Assembly (NCBI GenBank): GCA_049967655.1
Contig: JBMFSH010000019.1
Location: 1 to 52,366 of the forward strand
DNA length: 52,366 nucleotides
From: Acidobacteriota bacterium
GTDB taxonomy: Bacteria > Acidobacteriota > UBA4820 > DSQY01
Direction: 5' to 3'
Shown here: positions 42,901 to 52,267 of the stretch, in pieces
Layout: each line of letters starts with the position of its first letter
How positions within the stretch are numbered: the stretch's first letter is position 1
Notes under the pieces: model-generated
Told to the model about the DNA's origin: nothing
The model's input: only the letters and a program-made list of their open reading frames with translations
The model's database searches: none
Made by a program: the position numbers and the translations under genes

Positions 42901-44395
42901 ACCCGCCTCCCGCAAAGTGGGCCAGACCCTTGTAGCTGCCCACCCACAGGCTCCCGTCCCCCGCACCCAGCAGCGCCACCACCGCCGTATCCAGGATTCC
43001 CCCCGGCTGGTCGTAGACCGTCATCCGGCCCTCCGCGAAGCGGGCCAGACCGTGGCCCGTGCCGAACCAGAGGCTGCCGTCCCGGGTGGCGGCCATGGCG
43101 TAGACGGAGGGGTTCGGCAGGCCCTCCCGCTCCGTTAGGGAGAGCTTCGGCCCTCCGGCGAGGCGCTGGGCGCCGCTGCCCGTTCCTACCCAGAGCGAGC
43201 CGTCGGGGGCCAGCATGAGGCTGTAGACGTTGTCGTCCAGGAGGCCGTCCCTGCTGGTGATCCGGGTGACGCGGCCGGAATCGATGCGGCAGAGGCCGGC
43301 GCCGTAAGAGCCGACCCACAGCGTACCCTTTCCATCCTGGAGAAGGCATGACACCATGTTGTCGGGCAGTCCCTCGGCGGTTCCAAAGGGAATGAACGGT
43401 CCACCCGTCAACCGGTTCACTCCCCCGCCCACGGTTCCGGCCCAGAGGTCGCCCTCCCGGTCCTCGAAGAGCGAGATGACCACGTCGTTGGAGAGCCCCT
43501 GTTGGCTGGAGAGGCGCTCGAAGCTCCCGTTCCGAAGGCGAAGGAGCCCGCTGCCGTACGTGCCCACCCAGAGGGAGCCCTCGCGATCCGCCAGCAGGGC
43601 GTACACCATGCGGTTGGGCAGCCCGTCCCGTTCCGTCCAGTGCCTGAACTTCCCATCGGCGTATGAGTAGAGCCCCGCCCCTTCGGTGCCCGCCCAGAGC
43701 GTTCCATCCGTGCCCTCGGCCAGGCAGTAGACCCTGGCCCTCCCGGGCCCCGACGGCTCGGTCTCGGCGGTGAAGACTCCGCCGTGGTACCGGCACAGCC
43801 CCGCCGAGGTCGCGAACCACAGGTCGCCGTCTCGTGCCTCCAGGATGCACTGGACGCCTTTGTCGGGCAGCCCGTCGGGCGTCCCGAAGGCCTGGAAGCG
43901 GCCGCCGTCGAAGCGCATGGCGCCCCCGTCGGAGGTGCCTATCCAGAGGGCGCCGTCGCGGGCCGATGTCAGCCAGCGGATGCCCTCCCCCGACAGGCCG
44001 TCCTTCCTGGTGAAGCGGACGAAGGACGATCCCTGCATGCGGATCAGGCCGGCGTCCGTTCCGATCCAGAGGAGGCCCGAGGCCGGGGCGCAGAGGGCGG
44101 TGACGTTGTTGCTGGCGAAGGCGGGCGTGTTGGACTTGTCGTAGAGCTGGAACCGGACGCCGTCGAACCGCACGAGCCCTTCCTGGGTGCCCATCCAGAG
44201 ATAGCCGTCGGCGCTCTGCGCGATGGCCTGGACCGAGTTCTGGGGAAGCCCCTGGTCCGTCGTCCAGGCGGCGAGGCCGTACTGGGTCAGAGCCAGGTCG
44301 GGCGCCAGCGCGCCCGCGCTCAGCGGGGCCATGAGGGCCGCCGCGAGCAGGAGCGAAGCCGACACCCGCCCGCGGGGCGGCCAGAAAATGGCCAT
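39980..44395 (-). CDS. Hybrid sensor: beta-propeller (Reg_prop) + Y_Y_Y + TM + histidine kinase + receiver + class III adenylate/guanylate cyclase
   Basis: Signal peptide; many GLPxNxV...DGxLWxGT repeats; RFRYRLEG...FTNIPPGSYVFRV; FFANVSHEFRTPL, NLLSNAFKF, DSGPGI, GSGIGLAL; ISDVMMP...KPF; FFTDLAGFT, GDG, NLAKRLE; ATG 44395 behind GGGGGAG. Confidence 0.93.
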   Translation of the reverse strand: MAIFWPPRGRVSASLLLAAALMAPLSAGALAPDLALTQYGLAAWTTDQGLPQNSVQAIAQSADGYLWMGTQEGLVRFDGVRFQLYDKSNTPAFASNNVTALCAPASGLLWIGTDAGLIRMQGSSFVRFTRKDGLSGEGIRWLTSARDGALWIGTSDGGAMRFDGGRFQAFGTPDGLPDKGVQCILEARDGDLWFATSAGLCRYHGGVFTAETEPSGPGRARVYCLAEGTDGTLWAGTEGAGLYSYADGKFRHWTERDGLPNRMVYALLADREGSLWVGTYGSGLLRLRNGSFERLSSQQGLSNDVVISLFEDREGDLWAGTVGGGVNRLTGGPFIPFGTAEGLPDNMVSCLLQDGKGTLWVGSYGAGLCRIDSGRVTRITSRDGLLDDNVYSLMLAPDGSLWVGTGSGAQRLAGGPKLSLTEREGLPNPSVYAMAATRDGSLWFGTGHGLARFAEGRMTVYDQPGGILDTAVVALLGAGDGSLWVGSYKGLAHFAGGGFTTFTTASGLPQRQVFALFEDTDGGLWAGTYGGGLGLFHAGRWSAVTSAQGLFDDVVYSIVPDGAGRLWMTCNKGVYCAPLAELRSAAEGRGSRVDCRAFGHADGMRSNECNGGTQPAAWRDREGRLWFPTVKGLVSVSPVLACAAPPVVPARVEEVLYDHRPLPLDGHLTDVPPGKGELEFRYTAMTLAFSHRVRFRYRLEGFQEGWVDAGTRREAFFTNIPPGSYVFRVMAAAPGGAWGEGGSSSFSLRIRPHFYQTWVFGLLCLTGTLLLAGGLYLVRIGRLKARERELLALVAARTRNLQEEKERTERALEVVRAQEKKLQEMDQVKTRFFANVSHEFRTPLTLILGPLEDALGGAYGAFGQEAREALSLMLRNGRRLLHLINELLDISKLEAGRLELHAREGDLAAFLASVVHSFTPLAERQGITLRYLPTGGPYPVYLDAEKMEKILYNLLSNAFKFTPRGGSVSVALERVDDPRCGAMARVSVEDSGPGIPSEDLPHVFERFYQSGRPADRSQGGSGIGLALARELAVLHGGSLTASSEPGAGARFDLLLPLGREHLRDEQIVPSGKVAEESRSRIPASLPEPLSPEPSEQPQAEVPGGSHETVLIAEDNSEVRAYIRSVLARRYRVLEAADGEQALELAKREPPDLVISDVMMPRMDGYELCRALRRDPQLDHVPCMLLTAKASQDSKVEGLEVGADDYLPKPFDSKELMARARNLIRIRQQERMLKSFNEELEKKVREQLVQIARDRRLTKYFPQKLVEKVLLSEEDVELGSERRLVTVFFTDLAGFTALTERTEPEEITALLNRYLTEMVEAIRLHGGTLARFMGDGILGFFGAFEEMEPEEQAIRAVRMALAMQERTAELGKFWQERGMGASLTLRVGIHQDYLTVGNFGAPEHMEYTAVGRGINLAKRLEAACTPGRILVSDRIRSLTLREFPYGPLEERSFKGVSQPVAVSELDPSSVKS

Positions 44396-44639
44396 GGCGT
44401 TCTCCCCCTTCCACCGAACCGCGGCGATCCCAACTCTCCGGGCCCTGGCAAATTTTAGCAGGATAAGGGTTTCCGAAGAAGAGAGGAGGTCCACCCAAAT
44501 TTTGCGATGAAGCCATAACGCCTCTGTAGGAGCGGCGCCTCGCCGCCACCTCGGGTAGGGGCGAAAGCGTGCAGAGATTGCCCGGAATGGCCGGCCGTGC
44601 CGGGAGCCGCGTTCCTAGGCTCGACATTCTATCGCGGAA

Positions 44640-44843
44640 CATGGCTGTCCAAAATAATTTCAGCTTACGGTTGAGCAGTTGGCTTCGCTTTTCGCTGGAA
44701 GCGAAAAGCGGCGTCCCGGCGCCGATGGGCCTCAAGCAAGGAAAACGAGGCGGCCGCACCGCAAGCGTACTCCCTGTACGCTGAGGATGCGGACCCCGAA
44801 GCGTTGCGCCCGTGGGGGAGTCCGTGCTAAGTTACCTATTTTG
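44640..44843. repeat. Family-B-related palindromic element in the sensor/rimO divergent intergenic region
   Basis: CATGGCTGTCCAAAATA (44640-44656) is identical to 52268-52284; perfect inverted repeat 44686-44695/44701-44710; CAAAATA...TATTTTG (44837-44843) possible degenerate right end. Confidence 0.5.
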
Positions 44844-44853
44844 TGGAGGTTGT

Positions 44854-46185
44854 ATGCGCGTAGCCATGATCCAGTTGGGCTGCCCGAAGAACTGGGTGGA
44901 CGGGGAGTGGATGCTGGGCCAGATCCGCTCCGCGGGCCACGTTCTCACCAGCGATCCGAACGCCGAGGCCGTGATCGTGAACACGTGCGGTTTCATCGAT
45001 GCGGCCAAGGAGGAGTCCATCCGCGTCATCCTGGAGGTGGCCGAGCGGAAGAAGAGCGGCGAGGTGAAGCGGCTGATCGTGGCGGGATGCCTCGTCCAGC
45101 GGTACAAGGAGGAGCTCCGCAGGAGCATTCCCGAGATCGACGGCTTCGTGCCCCTCAGCTCGGCGGGGGAGGTGGCCAGGCTCCTCGAATCCCCCGACGT
45201 GGCCGTCGCGGTCCGCCCGGACGTACCGCTCTACGACGGCCTGTCGCCCAGAATCCTCTCCACGCCTCCGCACCTGGCCTACGTGAAGGTGGCCGAGGGC
45301 TGCGACAATCCCTGCTCCTTCTGTCCGATCCCCACCTTTCGCGGGCGGTTGAACTCAAGGCCCGTGGAGGCCATCGTGCGGGAGGTGGCGGATCTGGGCC
45401 GCAAGGGCGTCCGCGAGGTGATCCTCGTGGCCCAGGACACCACCGACTACGGAACCGATCTGGGCATGAAGAACGGGCTGGCGGGCCTCATCGAGGCCCT
45501 GGAGACGGGCACCGACGTGCCCTGGATACGCCTCCTCTACGCCTATCCAAACCACCTCTCCCCGGCGATTCTCGATGCCATGGCCGCGAGCAGCAGGGTC
45601 GTGCCCTACCTGGATCTGCCCCTCCAGCACGCCCATCCCGACATCCTGAGGGCCATGCGCAGGGGCGGGAGCGCCGAGAGTTTTCTCCGACTGCTGGAAC
45701 GCGCCCGGTCGGCAATCCCCGGGCTGGCCGTGCGCTCCACCTTCATCGTGGGTTTCCCGGGCGAGCGGCGGGAGCACTTCAGCGCCCTTTTGGATTTCCT
45801 GAAGGAGGCGCGCCTGGACCACGTGGGCGTCTTCACCTACTCGCGCGAGGATGGCACCTCGGCTTACGCCCTGGGCGATTCCGTGGACCCGAGGACCAAG
45901 CGCCGCCGGCAGGAGCGCCTGCTGGAACTCCAGCAGACGATCTCGCTGGAAAAGAACCGCGGGATGGTAGGAAAGAAAGTGATCGTCCTCGTGGAGGGGG
46001 TCTGCGACGAAACGGAGCACCTGCTCCAGGGGAGGCTGGCCACCCAGGCGCCCGACGTGGACGGCCGGGTTCTCTTAAACGACGGCTTCGCGGCGCCCGG
46101 AACCTTCGCCTCGGTGAAGATCCACGAGGCTCACCCCTACGACCTTGTGGGAGAGATCCTTGCCGGAAACCAAATCAGCGCCTGA
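44854..46185 (+). CDS. rimO: Ribosomal protein S12 methylthiotransferase
   Basis: LGCPKN, NTCGFI, AGC, radical-SAM CDNPCSFC, AQDTT, QAPDVDG TRAM region; GGAGG RBS. Confidence 0.95.
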   Translation: MRVAMIQLGCPKNWVDGEWMLGQIRSAGHVLTSDPNAEAVIVNTCGFIDAAKEESIRVILEVAERKKSGEVKRLIVAGCLVQRYKEELRRSIPEIDGFVPLSSAGEVARLLESPDVAVAVRPDVPLYDGLSPRILSTPPHLAYVKVAEGCDNPCSFCPIPTFRGRLNSRPVEAIVREVADLGRKGVREVILVAQDTTDYGTDLGMKNGLAGLIEALETGTDVPWIRLLYAYPNHLSPAILDAMAASSRVVPYLDLPLQHAHPDILRAMRRGGSAESFLRLLERARSAIPGLAVRSTFIVGFPGERREHFSALLDFLKEARLDHVGVFTYSREDGTSAYALGDSVDPRTKRRRQERLLELQQTISLEKNRGMVGKKVIVLVEGVCDETEHLLQGRLATQAPDVDGRVLLNDGFAAPGTFASVKIHEAHPYDLVGEILAGNQISA

Positions 46186-46654
46186 GGCCAAACGGCCCCT
46201 CTGGGCCTTCGCCATCGCCACCGTGCTCGGGCTCGGCCACACCCCCCGCATGCCGGGCACCATCGGAGCTGCCGTGGGGCTCTTCCTCTACATTCCAGCC
46301 TTCCTGATGGCCAGCGAGTGGCAGTTCATCCTCCCCCTGGCCGAGCTGGCCGTGGTGCTTCTCCTGACCGCTCTGGCGGTGCCGAGGGTCCTGGCGGCCG
46401 CGGAGGGGGTGGTCGATCCCTCCTACGTCATCATCGACGAGGTGGCGGGCATGCTCTGCGCCCTCTCCATCGCCTCGCCGGACTTTGTCCGGATCCTCGT
46501 GGCCTTCGTCCTCTTCCGCATTCTGGACATCTTCAAGCCCTTCCCCGTGAACCGGATGGAGAGCCTCCCGGGCACCTGGGGCGTCCTCATGGACGACGTG
46601 GTGGCGGGCCTCCTGGCCGGACTCCTCTCGGTTCTCGTCTTGAGGCTCATATGA
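46160..46654 (+). CDS. pgpA: Phosphatidylglycerophosphatase A
   Basis: PGTIG, DPSYVIIDEVAG, LFRILDIFKPFP, GVLMDDVVAG; TTG start overlapping the rimO end is uncertain. Confidence 0.9.
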   Translation: MPETKSAPEAKRPLWAFAIATVLGLGHTPRMPGTIGAAVGLFLYIPAFLMASEWQFILPLAELAVVLLLTALAVPRVLAAAEGVVDPSYVIIDEVAGMLCALSIASPDFVRILVAFVLFRILDIFKPFPVNRMESLPGTWGVLMDDVVAGLLAGLLSVLVLRLI

Positions 46655-47601
46655 TCCTGCTCACCGATCTGGACCACGTCCCACCCCTGACCCCGCCGGT
46701 CATGGTGACCATCGGCAACTTTGACGGCCTTCACAGGGGCCACAAAAGGGTCATCCGGAAGGTCATCTGCAGAGCCAGGGAGGAGGGCGGGACGAGCGTG
46801 GTGGTGACCTTCGAGCCGCACCCCATGAAGGTCCTCTACCCCGACCGTGCCCCTGCGCTCATCCAGACCCTCCCCCAGAAGCGGGACGTCATCGCCCATC
46901 TGGGCATCCAGGCTCTGCTGGAGGTGCCCTTCACCCGTGAGTTCGGGGCCGTGTCGGCGGAAGCGTTCGCGCGCCTTCTCTCGGAGCGTCTCCGACCGAA
47001 GGAAATTTACATCGGCGAAGATTTCCGGTTCGGCCACCACCGGGACGGTGACATCCGCCTGCTGCAGACCCTCGGCAGCGAGCTGGGCTTCAGCGCCAGC
47101 GCCTTTCCCAAGCTTCGCGTGAACGGGGAGGAGGTCTCCTCCACGCGGATCCGCCACCTCCTCATCAAGGGCGAAATGGAAAGCGCGGTTCGGCTCCTGG
47201 GGCGCCCCTACGTGATCGAGGGCGAGGTGGAGCGGGGAGCGGGCCGAGGCAGGACCATCGGCATCCCCACCGCCAACCTCGCCGTCGAGAACGAGCTCAT
47301 CCCGGCCCTGGGGGTGTACGTGGTGGCCATGGACGTGGGAGACCCCCTCCTCCTGCCCGGCGTGGCCAACCTCGGTACCCGCCCCACCTTCGGCAACCAC
47401 CGGGAGGTGCTGGAGGTCCACCTCCTGGAGGGAGGACGGGACCTTTACGGCCAGCACGTCCGCGTTCTCTTCTTCAAGTTCCTGCGGCCCGAGACGCGTT
47501 TCCCCTCGGTGGACGCGCTCCTGGAGGCCATCGCGAAGGACATCCAGAGCGCCCGCCACCACTTCAAGGGCAAGGCCCTGCCCCGCCGCATGTTCTACTG
47601 A
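46651..47601 (+). CDS. ribF: Bifunctional riboflavin kinase/FAD synthetase
   Basis: TIGNFDGLHRGH, TFEPHP, FRFG, SSTRIR, GIPTANL, GTRPTF, LEVH; ATGA overlap with pgpA. Confidence 0.96.
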   Translation: MILLTDLDHVPPLTPPVMVTIGNFDGLHRGHKRVIRKVICRAREEGGTSVVVTFEPHPMKVLYPDRAPALIQTLPQKRDVIAHLGIQALLEVPFTREFGAVSAEAFARLLSERLRPKEIYIGEDFRFGHHRDGDIRLLQTLGSELGFSASAFPKLRVNGEEVSSTRIRHLLIKGEMESAVRLLGRPYVIEGEVERGAGRGRTIGIPTANLAVENELIPALGVYVVAMDVGDPLLLPGVANLGTRPTFGNHREVLEVHLLEGGRDLYGQHVRVLFFKFLRPETRFPSVDALLEAIAKDIQSARHHFKGKALPRRMFY

Positions 47602-47622
47602 TTTCCCCGTCGCGTCCTCGCC

Positions 47623-47651
47623 TTGACCGCCCCGCGGCCCCACCCTATGCT
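47623..47651 (+). promoter_or_regulatory. Sigma70-type promoter of tRNA-Ser
   Basis: TTGACC, 17-bp spacer, TATGCT, ending 9 bp before the tRNA 5' end. Confidence 0.75.
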
Positions 47652-47660
47652 AAGGGCTGC

Positions 47661-47751
47661 GGAGAGATGGCCGAGCGGTCGAAGGCGGCGGTCTTGAAAA
47701 CCGCTGTGCCCCAAAAGGGTGCCGGGGGTTCGAATCCCTCTCTCTCCGCCA
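47661..47751 (+). tRNA. tRNA-Ser (anticodon TGA)
   Basis: GGAGAGA/TCTCTCC acceptor stem, G discriminator plus encoded CCA, anticodon arm GCGGT-CTTGAAA-ACCGC, long variable arm, GGTTCGAATCC T arm. Confidence 0.98.
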
Positions 47752-47822
47752 ACGAGGTTGAGACAGGGGAACAGGGAATCGGGGAGTCAGAGCAAAGAGA
47801 CTGGGCGGGCGAGGGATTCGAA

Positions 47823-48539
47823 ATGAGACGCGGCGTGAACGAGCGGATCCCGCCCACGTACGATCTCAGGACCCTCGGGAAAGACGGTGATCTGTACTTG
47901 CGCCTCGAGGCCTTCGCGGACCGTTTCGGAGAGCTGGCGGACCGCGAGGTGGGACCGGCTTTCGCGCGCGTAGCGGCATTCTCGGGGCAGGCTGCCGCCG
48001 AGGGAGGGCGGGAGGAGGAGTTCTACCGGAGGACCACGCGTGAGCGGTACCTCCTGGAACTGCTCGCCGTCACGGTGATGGCCCGGCAGTTCTGGCCCGC
48101 CTTCGCGGCCCGGAGGGACACGGTCCTCATCCTGCCCGACTGTCTTAGGCTGAAGGAGAAGGGCTGCGGCCGGAAGAACACGCGCATGGGTCCCCGCTGC
48201 GCGATCTGCCATCCCGACTGCCTGGTGGGCAGGATGACGGCCGCGGGCCGCCGCTTCGGCGCGCAGGCCTACTTCGCGCAGATGGGGCACGCGAGGCAGT
48301 TCCGCGCGCTGCGGCGCACCTATCCCGACCTCTCGGTCGTGGGCGTGGCCTGTGTATGGATGCTGGCCGCCGGCATGAGGGCCGCGGAGGAGGCGGGCAT
48401 TCCCAGCCAGGGGGTCCTGCTCACCTACTGCGGCTGCGAGCACTGGACCGACGACCCCTTCGTGACCGACGCTTCGGTGGCTCGCGTGGAGGCCATCCTG
48501 GAGGCCAAAGCCCGGGAACGAGGCCGTCTCCCGGCCTGA
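47823..48539 (+). CDS. DUF116-domain Cys-rich protein
   Basis: [30 protein letters not shown]; start uncertain (47823 or 47835). Confidence 0.75.
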   Translation: MRRGVNERIPPTYDLRTLGKDGDLYLRLEAFADRFGELADREVGPAFARVAAFSGQAAAEGGREEEFYRRTTRERYLLELLAVTVMARQFWPAFAARRDTVLILPDCLRLKEKGCGRKNTRMGPRCAICHPDCLVGRMTAAGRRFGAQAYFAQMGHARQFRALRRTYPDLSVVGVACVWMLAAGMRAAEEAGIPSQGVLLTYCGCEHWTDDPFVTDASVARVEAILEAKARERGRLPA

Positions 48540-48642
48540 GCCTGCATCCCTCCTTGCGCGGCTCCCGCCCCTGTGGCAACATCCACCGGCATCGGGGCCT
48601 GGCGCAAGAGGAAGTGGCCGGGCGCGTCGCGCAAAGAGCATG

Positions 48643-48981
48643 TCAGTTCAGTGGTCCGCCGGATGTGGCCAAGGGGACGAGGCTGACGGAAGCGGGTGCC
48701 AGGATCAGGCGCCCTCCGGGGTCGGCCCCCTCGACCCGGACCAGGCCCTCGTGGAGCAGTTCGTGGACCAGCAGGTTGAAGCTGTGGGTCCAAAGGCGAA
48801 AGCCCGTTTGGTTCTGCTCCTGGCTCCAGTCCACCTCCTCCAGATCGGCGCCGGTGAGGGCCCGGAACACGGCCCGCCCCCAGCTCTCGGGATCGGTGGG
48901 GCCCAGCTTGAGGAGCTGGCTGTAGATGGCTGTCTTGAACTTGGAAACGGAGTCTTCGGCGTCCAGCTTTCCGAGCGCCAT
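48643..48981 (-). CDS. Hypothetical protein (112 aa)
   Basis: Strong AAGGAGG RBS, protein-like composition, co-oriented just downstream of nfo. Confidence 0.75.
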   Translation of the reverse strand: MALGKLDAEDSVSKFKTAIYSQLLKLGPTDPESWGRAVFRALTGADLEEVDWSQEQNQTGFRLWTHSFNLLVHELLHEGLVRVEGADPGGRLILAPASVSLVPLATSGGPLN

Positions 48982-49054
48982 GGCGTTGCCTCCTTGATTG
49001 CACGAAACAGAGCGGGGAGGCAGCCTATTCCGCGGCCGGGCCTGGCGCTCCCGT

Positions 49055-49909
49055 TCAACGCCCCCGTTCGAAGCCGTACAGGAGGGCGATCTCCCGCCCC
49101 CAGAGGGATTCGTCGATGGTCTCCAGGATCATTGGAATGCCATCCGTGCGGGGGTCGTTCATGATGAGGCGGAAGGTCTCGAATCCGAGCTCCCCCTCGC
49201 CCAGGCTGTGGTGGCGGTCCACGCGGCTTCCGAGGGCGGACTTCGAGTCGTTCAGGTGCATGCCCCTCAGATAGCCCAGGCCCACCGCCTTCTCGAAGGC
49301 CGAAAAGGTGGCCTCGTACGTTTCGCGGCTTCTCAGGTCGTACCCCGCGGCGAAGAGGTGGCAGGTATCCAGGCAGACGCCTACCCGGCCCTTGTCCTCC
49401 ACCCGCTCGATGATGGCGGCGATCTCTTCGAAGGTCCTTCCCACCGACCCGCCCTGCCCGGCTGTGTTCTCGATCACCGCCGTGACGGAGCGGGTTTCGG
49501 CCAGGGCGAGGTTGATGGAGTCGGCCACCAGAGCCAGGCACTCCTCCACAGGGATGAGGTTCTTGTGGCTGCCCGGGTGAAAGTTGAGGAGGCGCAAACC
49601 GAGCTGCTCGCAGCGCCTCATTTCGTCCAGGAAAGCCTTGCGCGATCTCTCCAGCCCCTCGGGATCGGGATTTCCCAGGTTAATCAGGTATCCGTCGTGG
49701 GGCAGGATGTTGGAGGGATCGAACCCGGTCTGGAGGCAGTTCTCCCGAAAGGCCGCGATTTCCGCCTCGGCCAGGGGGGGCGCTGACCACTGGCGCTGGT
49801 TCTTGACGAAGAGCCCGAAGGCCCTGGCTCCTATCTCCTTCGCCCTCAGCGGGGCGTTCTGTACCCCGCCGGCGGCGCTCACGTGGGCTCCGATCAGTTT
49901 TTTGCTCAT
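49055..49909 (-). CDS. nfo: Endonuclease IV (AP endonuclease)
   Basis: [64 protein letters not shown]. Confidence 0.96.
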   Translation of the reverse strand: MSKKLIGAHVSAAGGVQNAPLRAKEIGARAFGLFVKNQRQWSAPPLAEAEIAAFRENCLQTGFDPSNILPHDGYLINLGNPDPEGLERSRKAFLDEMRRCEQLGLRLLNFHPGSHKNLIPVEECLALVADSINLALAETRSVTAVIENTAGQGGSVGRTFEEIAAIIERVEDKGRVGVCLDTCHLFAAGYDLRSRETYEATFSAFEKAVGLGYLRGMHLNDSKSALGSRVDRHHSLGEGELGFETFRLIMNDPRTDGIPMILETIDESLWGREIALLYGFERGR

Positions 49910-50039
49910 GGCGCCTCCCTCTGCCCGCGAGCCCCTTTTGACGGGTCGGGTGCCGCGGGGTAGGATTCCTAGGATAGCAGAAGGCGCGATTGGAGGGTCT
50001 TGGAGCAATGGGAAGCCGAACGAAGAGACGGTGGCGGCC

Positions 50040-50759
50040 GTGAAGGTGGGACGCCTGTTGGGGAGCGCGCTAGCGGTTCTTCTGGCCCTGTGGGGTCTCC
50101 GTTCCGCGGGACAGCAGGCCGCCCCGGAGTCCTTCGCCCGGCTCATGCTTTCGGGTCCCATCGAGGCCGCCGCTTCCACGCGCATCACGGTGCAGGGGCA
50201 AGCCATCGAGCTGACGGGCGACACCCTGCTGAAGAGGCTGGACCGTGGGGGCCGGGTCGTAGACCTGCGCTCCAGGGACCTGCGCAAGAACGCGGAAGTG
50301 ACGGTGCTCGCACAGGACAGGAAGGGCTCGCCGACGGCGCTCCTCGTTCTCTTGGGACGGGGCTTTACCCTCTGGGGAACGGTGACCGATTTCCGAATGG
50401 GGCAGCGCGGCTATGTGACGGCGCTGACCCTGGATGGACGGTACAGGGTCGAGGTGGAGGATGCCGATTTCGGGGAGGGGGCAACGGGCGGGTCCGCTTC
50501 TCCCGAGGGTGGAGGGCCGGGCGGGGATGACGGCCCCACGGTGGATGTAGGCGACGAGGTCGTTCTTCAAGGCATCGTCCGTGACGGGAAGTTTGTAGCC
50601 GTCCTGGGACGCGTGATCCCGCAAGATGATGGGGACGATCGGGACGATCGGGACGATTCCGGAGCTTCGGCGGTGGCCATCACCCGGCGTCTGTCCGCGC
50701 ATCCTCTCCCCGCCGGCGGGATGGCGCGCCACCGTCCATTGCCGCGGCCCGCGCGTTAA
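50040..50759 (+). CDS. Exported protein with two DUF5666-like beta-barrel repeats
   Basis: Signal-like N-terminus; GPIE...[14 protein letters not shown] and VGDEVVLQG patterns; start uncertain. Confidence 0.55.
   Translation: MKVGRLLGSALAVLLALWGLRSAGQQAAPESFARLMLSGPIEAAASTRITVQGQAIELTGDTLLKRLDRGGRVVDLRSRDLRKNAEVTVLAQDRKGSPTALLVLLGRGFTLWGTVTDFRMGQRGYVTALTLDGRYRVEVEDADFGEGATGGSASPEGGGPGGDDGPTVDVGDEVVLQGIVRDGKFVAVLGRVIPQDDGDDRDDRDDSGASAVAITRRLSAHPLPAGGMARHRPLPRPAR
50632..50658 (+). repeat. 9-bp in-frame tandem repeat (Asp-Asp-Arg)
   Basis: GGGACGATC x2 plus GGGACGATT. Confidence 0.7.
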
Positions 50760-50861
50760 ATCTCCGCCGGAGGCGTGTGTTGGGATCTGCCGAGGCGCCG
50801 CCGCGTCGAACTCGCGACGCGTGGCCATGGCCCCATGACCGCGGGATGACTGGGGGAAACC

Positions 50862-52241
50862 GTGCTGCAATTGCTCCTGGACCATGTGTTCGTGGTGATC
50901 GGTTTTGCCCTGGCCGTGTTCGGGCTGGGGCACGTGGTGCGACAGCGGCGCTCCGCCTCGGCCACCACCTTGTGGCTGCTGGTGATCGTTCTCTTGCCCT
51001 ACCTGGGCGTTCCCCTCTACCTCATGTTTGGCGGGCGCAAGACCCGGCAAGCCGCGGCGGGCAGGCAGAAGCTCGACCTGCCGGCGAGGGGCACGATTCC
51101 CGAGGAGGAGGCCACCGCGCCGGACCGCCTCCTGCGGAGCTTCGGCGTGCCGGGAGCCACGGCCGGCAACAGGCTCAGACTCTGCGGGAGCGGGGAGGAG
51201 ACCTACGCCTGCCTCATGGAAAACATCGCCGGAGCGCGCGAGAGCATAGACGTCCTGACCTTCATTTTCGCCAACGACGAGGTGGGGCGCGCCGTGCTCG
51301 AAGCGTTGGCGCGCCGGGCCGCACAGGGGATCAAGGTCCGCGTCCTGGTGGACGGGGTGGGCAGTTGGGGCACAAGGCGGCGGTTTTTCCGGGCGCTCAG
51401 GCGGGCGGGCGGCCGGGTGGTCTTCTTCACGCCCGTCATCCACCGCCCCTTCCGGGGCAGGAGCAACCTTCGAAACCACCGCAAGGTGGTGATCTTCGAC
51501 GATCGCCGAGTGATGGCGGGAGGCACCAACATCGCCTCCGAGTACATCGGCCCGGCTCCGAGCCCCAATCGGTGGAAGGACCTGGCCTTTTTCCTGGAGG
51601 GGCCCGCAGTGGCCCACTACGTGGAGATTTTCCGGTCGGACTGGCGCTTCGCGTCGAGGGAGCCCGTGCCCCCCTGCCTGGATAGAGACGTGGCTCCAGC
51701 CGGCACGGGCGTGGTGCAGGTGGTTCCCTCGGGGCCCGATGTGGCGGGAGATCCGCTCTACGATGCCCTCCTCAGCGCGCTCTTCAGCGCACGCAGGCGC
51801 TTCTGGTGCGTGACGCCCTACTTCGTGCCGGACGAAACCATGGCCACCGCCTTCCTGGTGGCTGCCCACAGGGGCATCGACCTGCGGCTTCTGCTCCCGG
51901 CCCGCTCCAACCACCGCATGGCGGACCTGGCGCGCGGAACCTACCTCCGTGAGATCCAGACGGCGGGGGGGCGAATCCTTCTCTACGCGGGAGGTATGGT
52001 CCACGCCAAGGCGGCGCTCATGGATGACGACCTGGCGGTCATCGGCTCCGCCAACCTGGACATGCGGAGCTTCTTCCTGAATTACGAGTGCGCGGTCTTC
52101 TCCTACGACGCCGCCTCGGTGGCCGCGACGGAAGAGTGGTTCCGGCGTCTGGCGGAGGGGTGCAGCGAAGGGGTGGGAGCAGTCGGCCCGTTTCGGGACA
52201 CCATCGAAGGCGTCGCCCGCATGGTCGGGCCGCTGCTGTGA
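50862..52241 (+). CDS. cls: Cardiolipin synthase (phospholipase D family)
   Basis: Two N-terminal TM helices, HKD motifs NHRKVVIFD and VHAKAALMD, SGPD, TPYFVP, GSANLDMRSFFLNYE. Confidence 0.93.
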   Translation: MLQLLLDHVFVVIGFALAVFGLGHVVRQRRSASATTLWLLVIVLLPYLGVPLYLMFGGRKTRQAAAGRQKLDLPARGTIPEEEATAPDRLLRSFGVPGATAGNRLRLCGSGEETYACLMENIAGARESIDVLTFIFANDEVGRAVLEALARRAAQGIKVRVLVDGVGSWGTRRRFFRALRRAGGRVVFFTPVIHRPFRGRSNLRNHRKVVIFDDRRVMAGGTNIASEYIGPAPSPNRWKDLAFFLEGPAVAHYVEIFRSDWRFASREPVPPCLDRDVAPAGTGVVQVVPSGPDVAGDPLYDALLSALFSARRRFWCVTPYFVPDETMATAFLVAAHRGIDLRLLLPARSNHRMADLARGTYLREIQTAGGRILLYAGGMVHAKAALMDDDLAVIGSANLDMRSFFLNYECAVFSYDAASVAATEEWFRRLAEGCSEGVGAVGPFRDTIEGVARMVGPLL

Positions 52242-52267
52242 GGGATGTTGGATGAAAGATGATGGCT

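Noticed and set aside
42400..44300. Internal repeats in the sensor gene as a DNA repeat array
   Set aside because: They are the normal protein-level beta-propeller blades, diverged at the DNA level.
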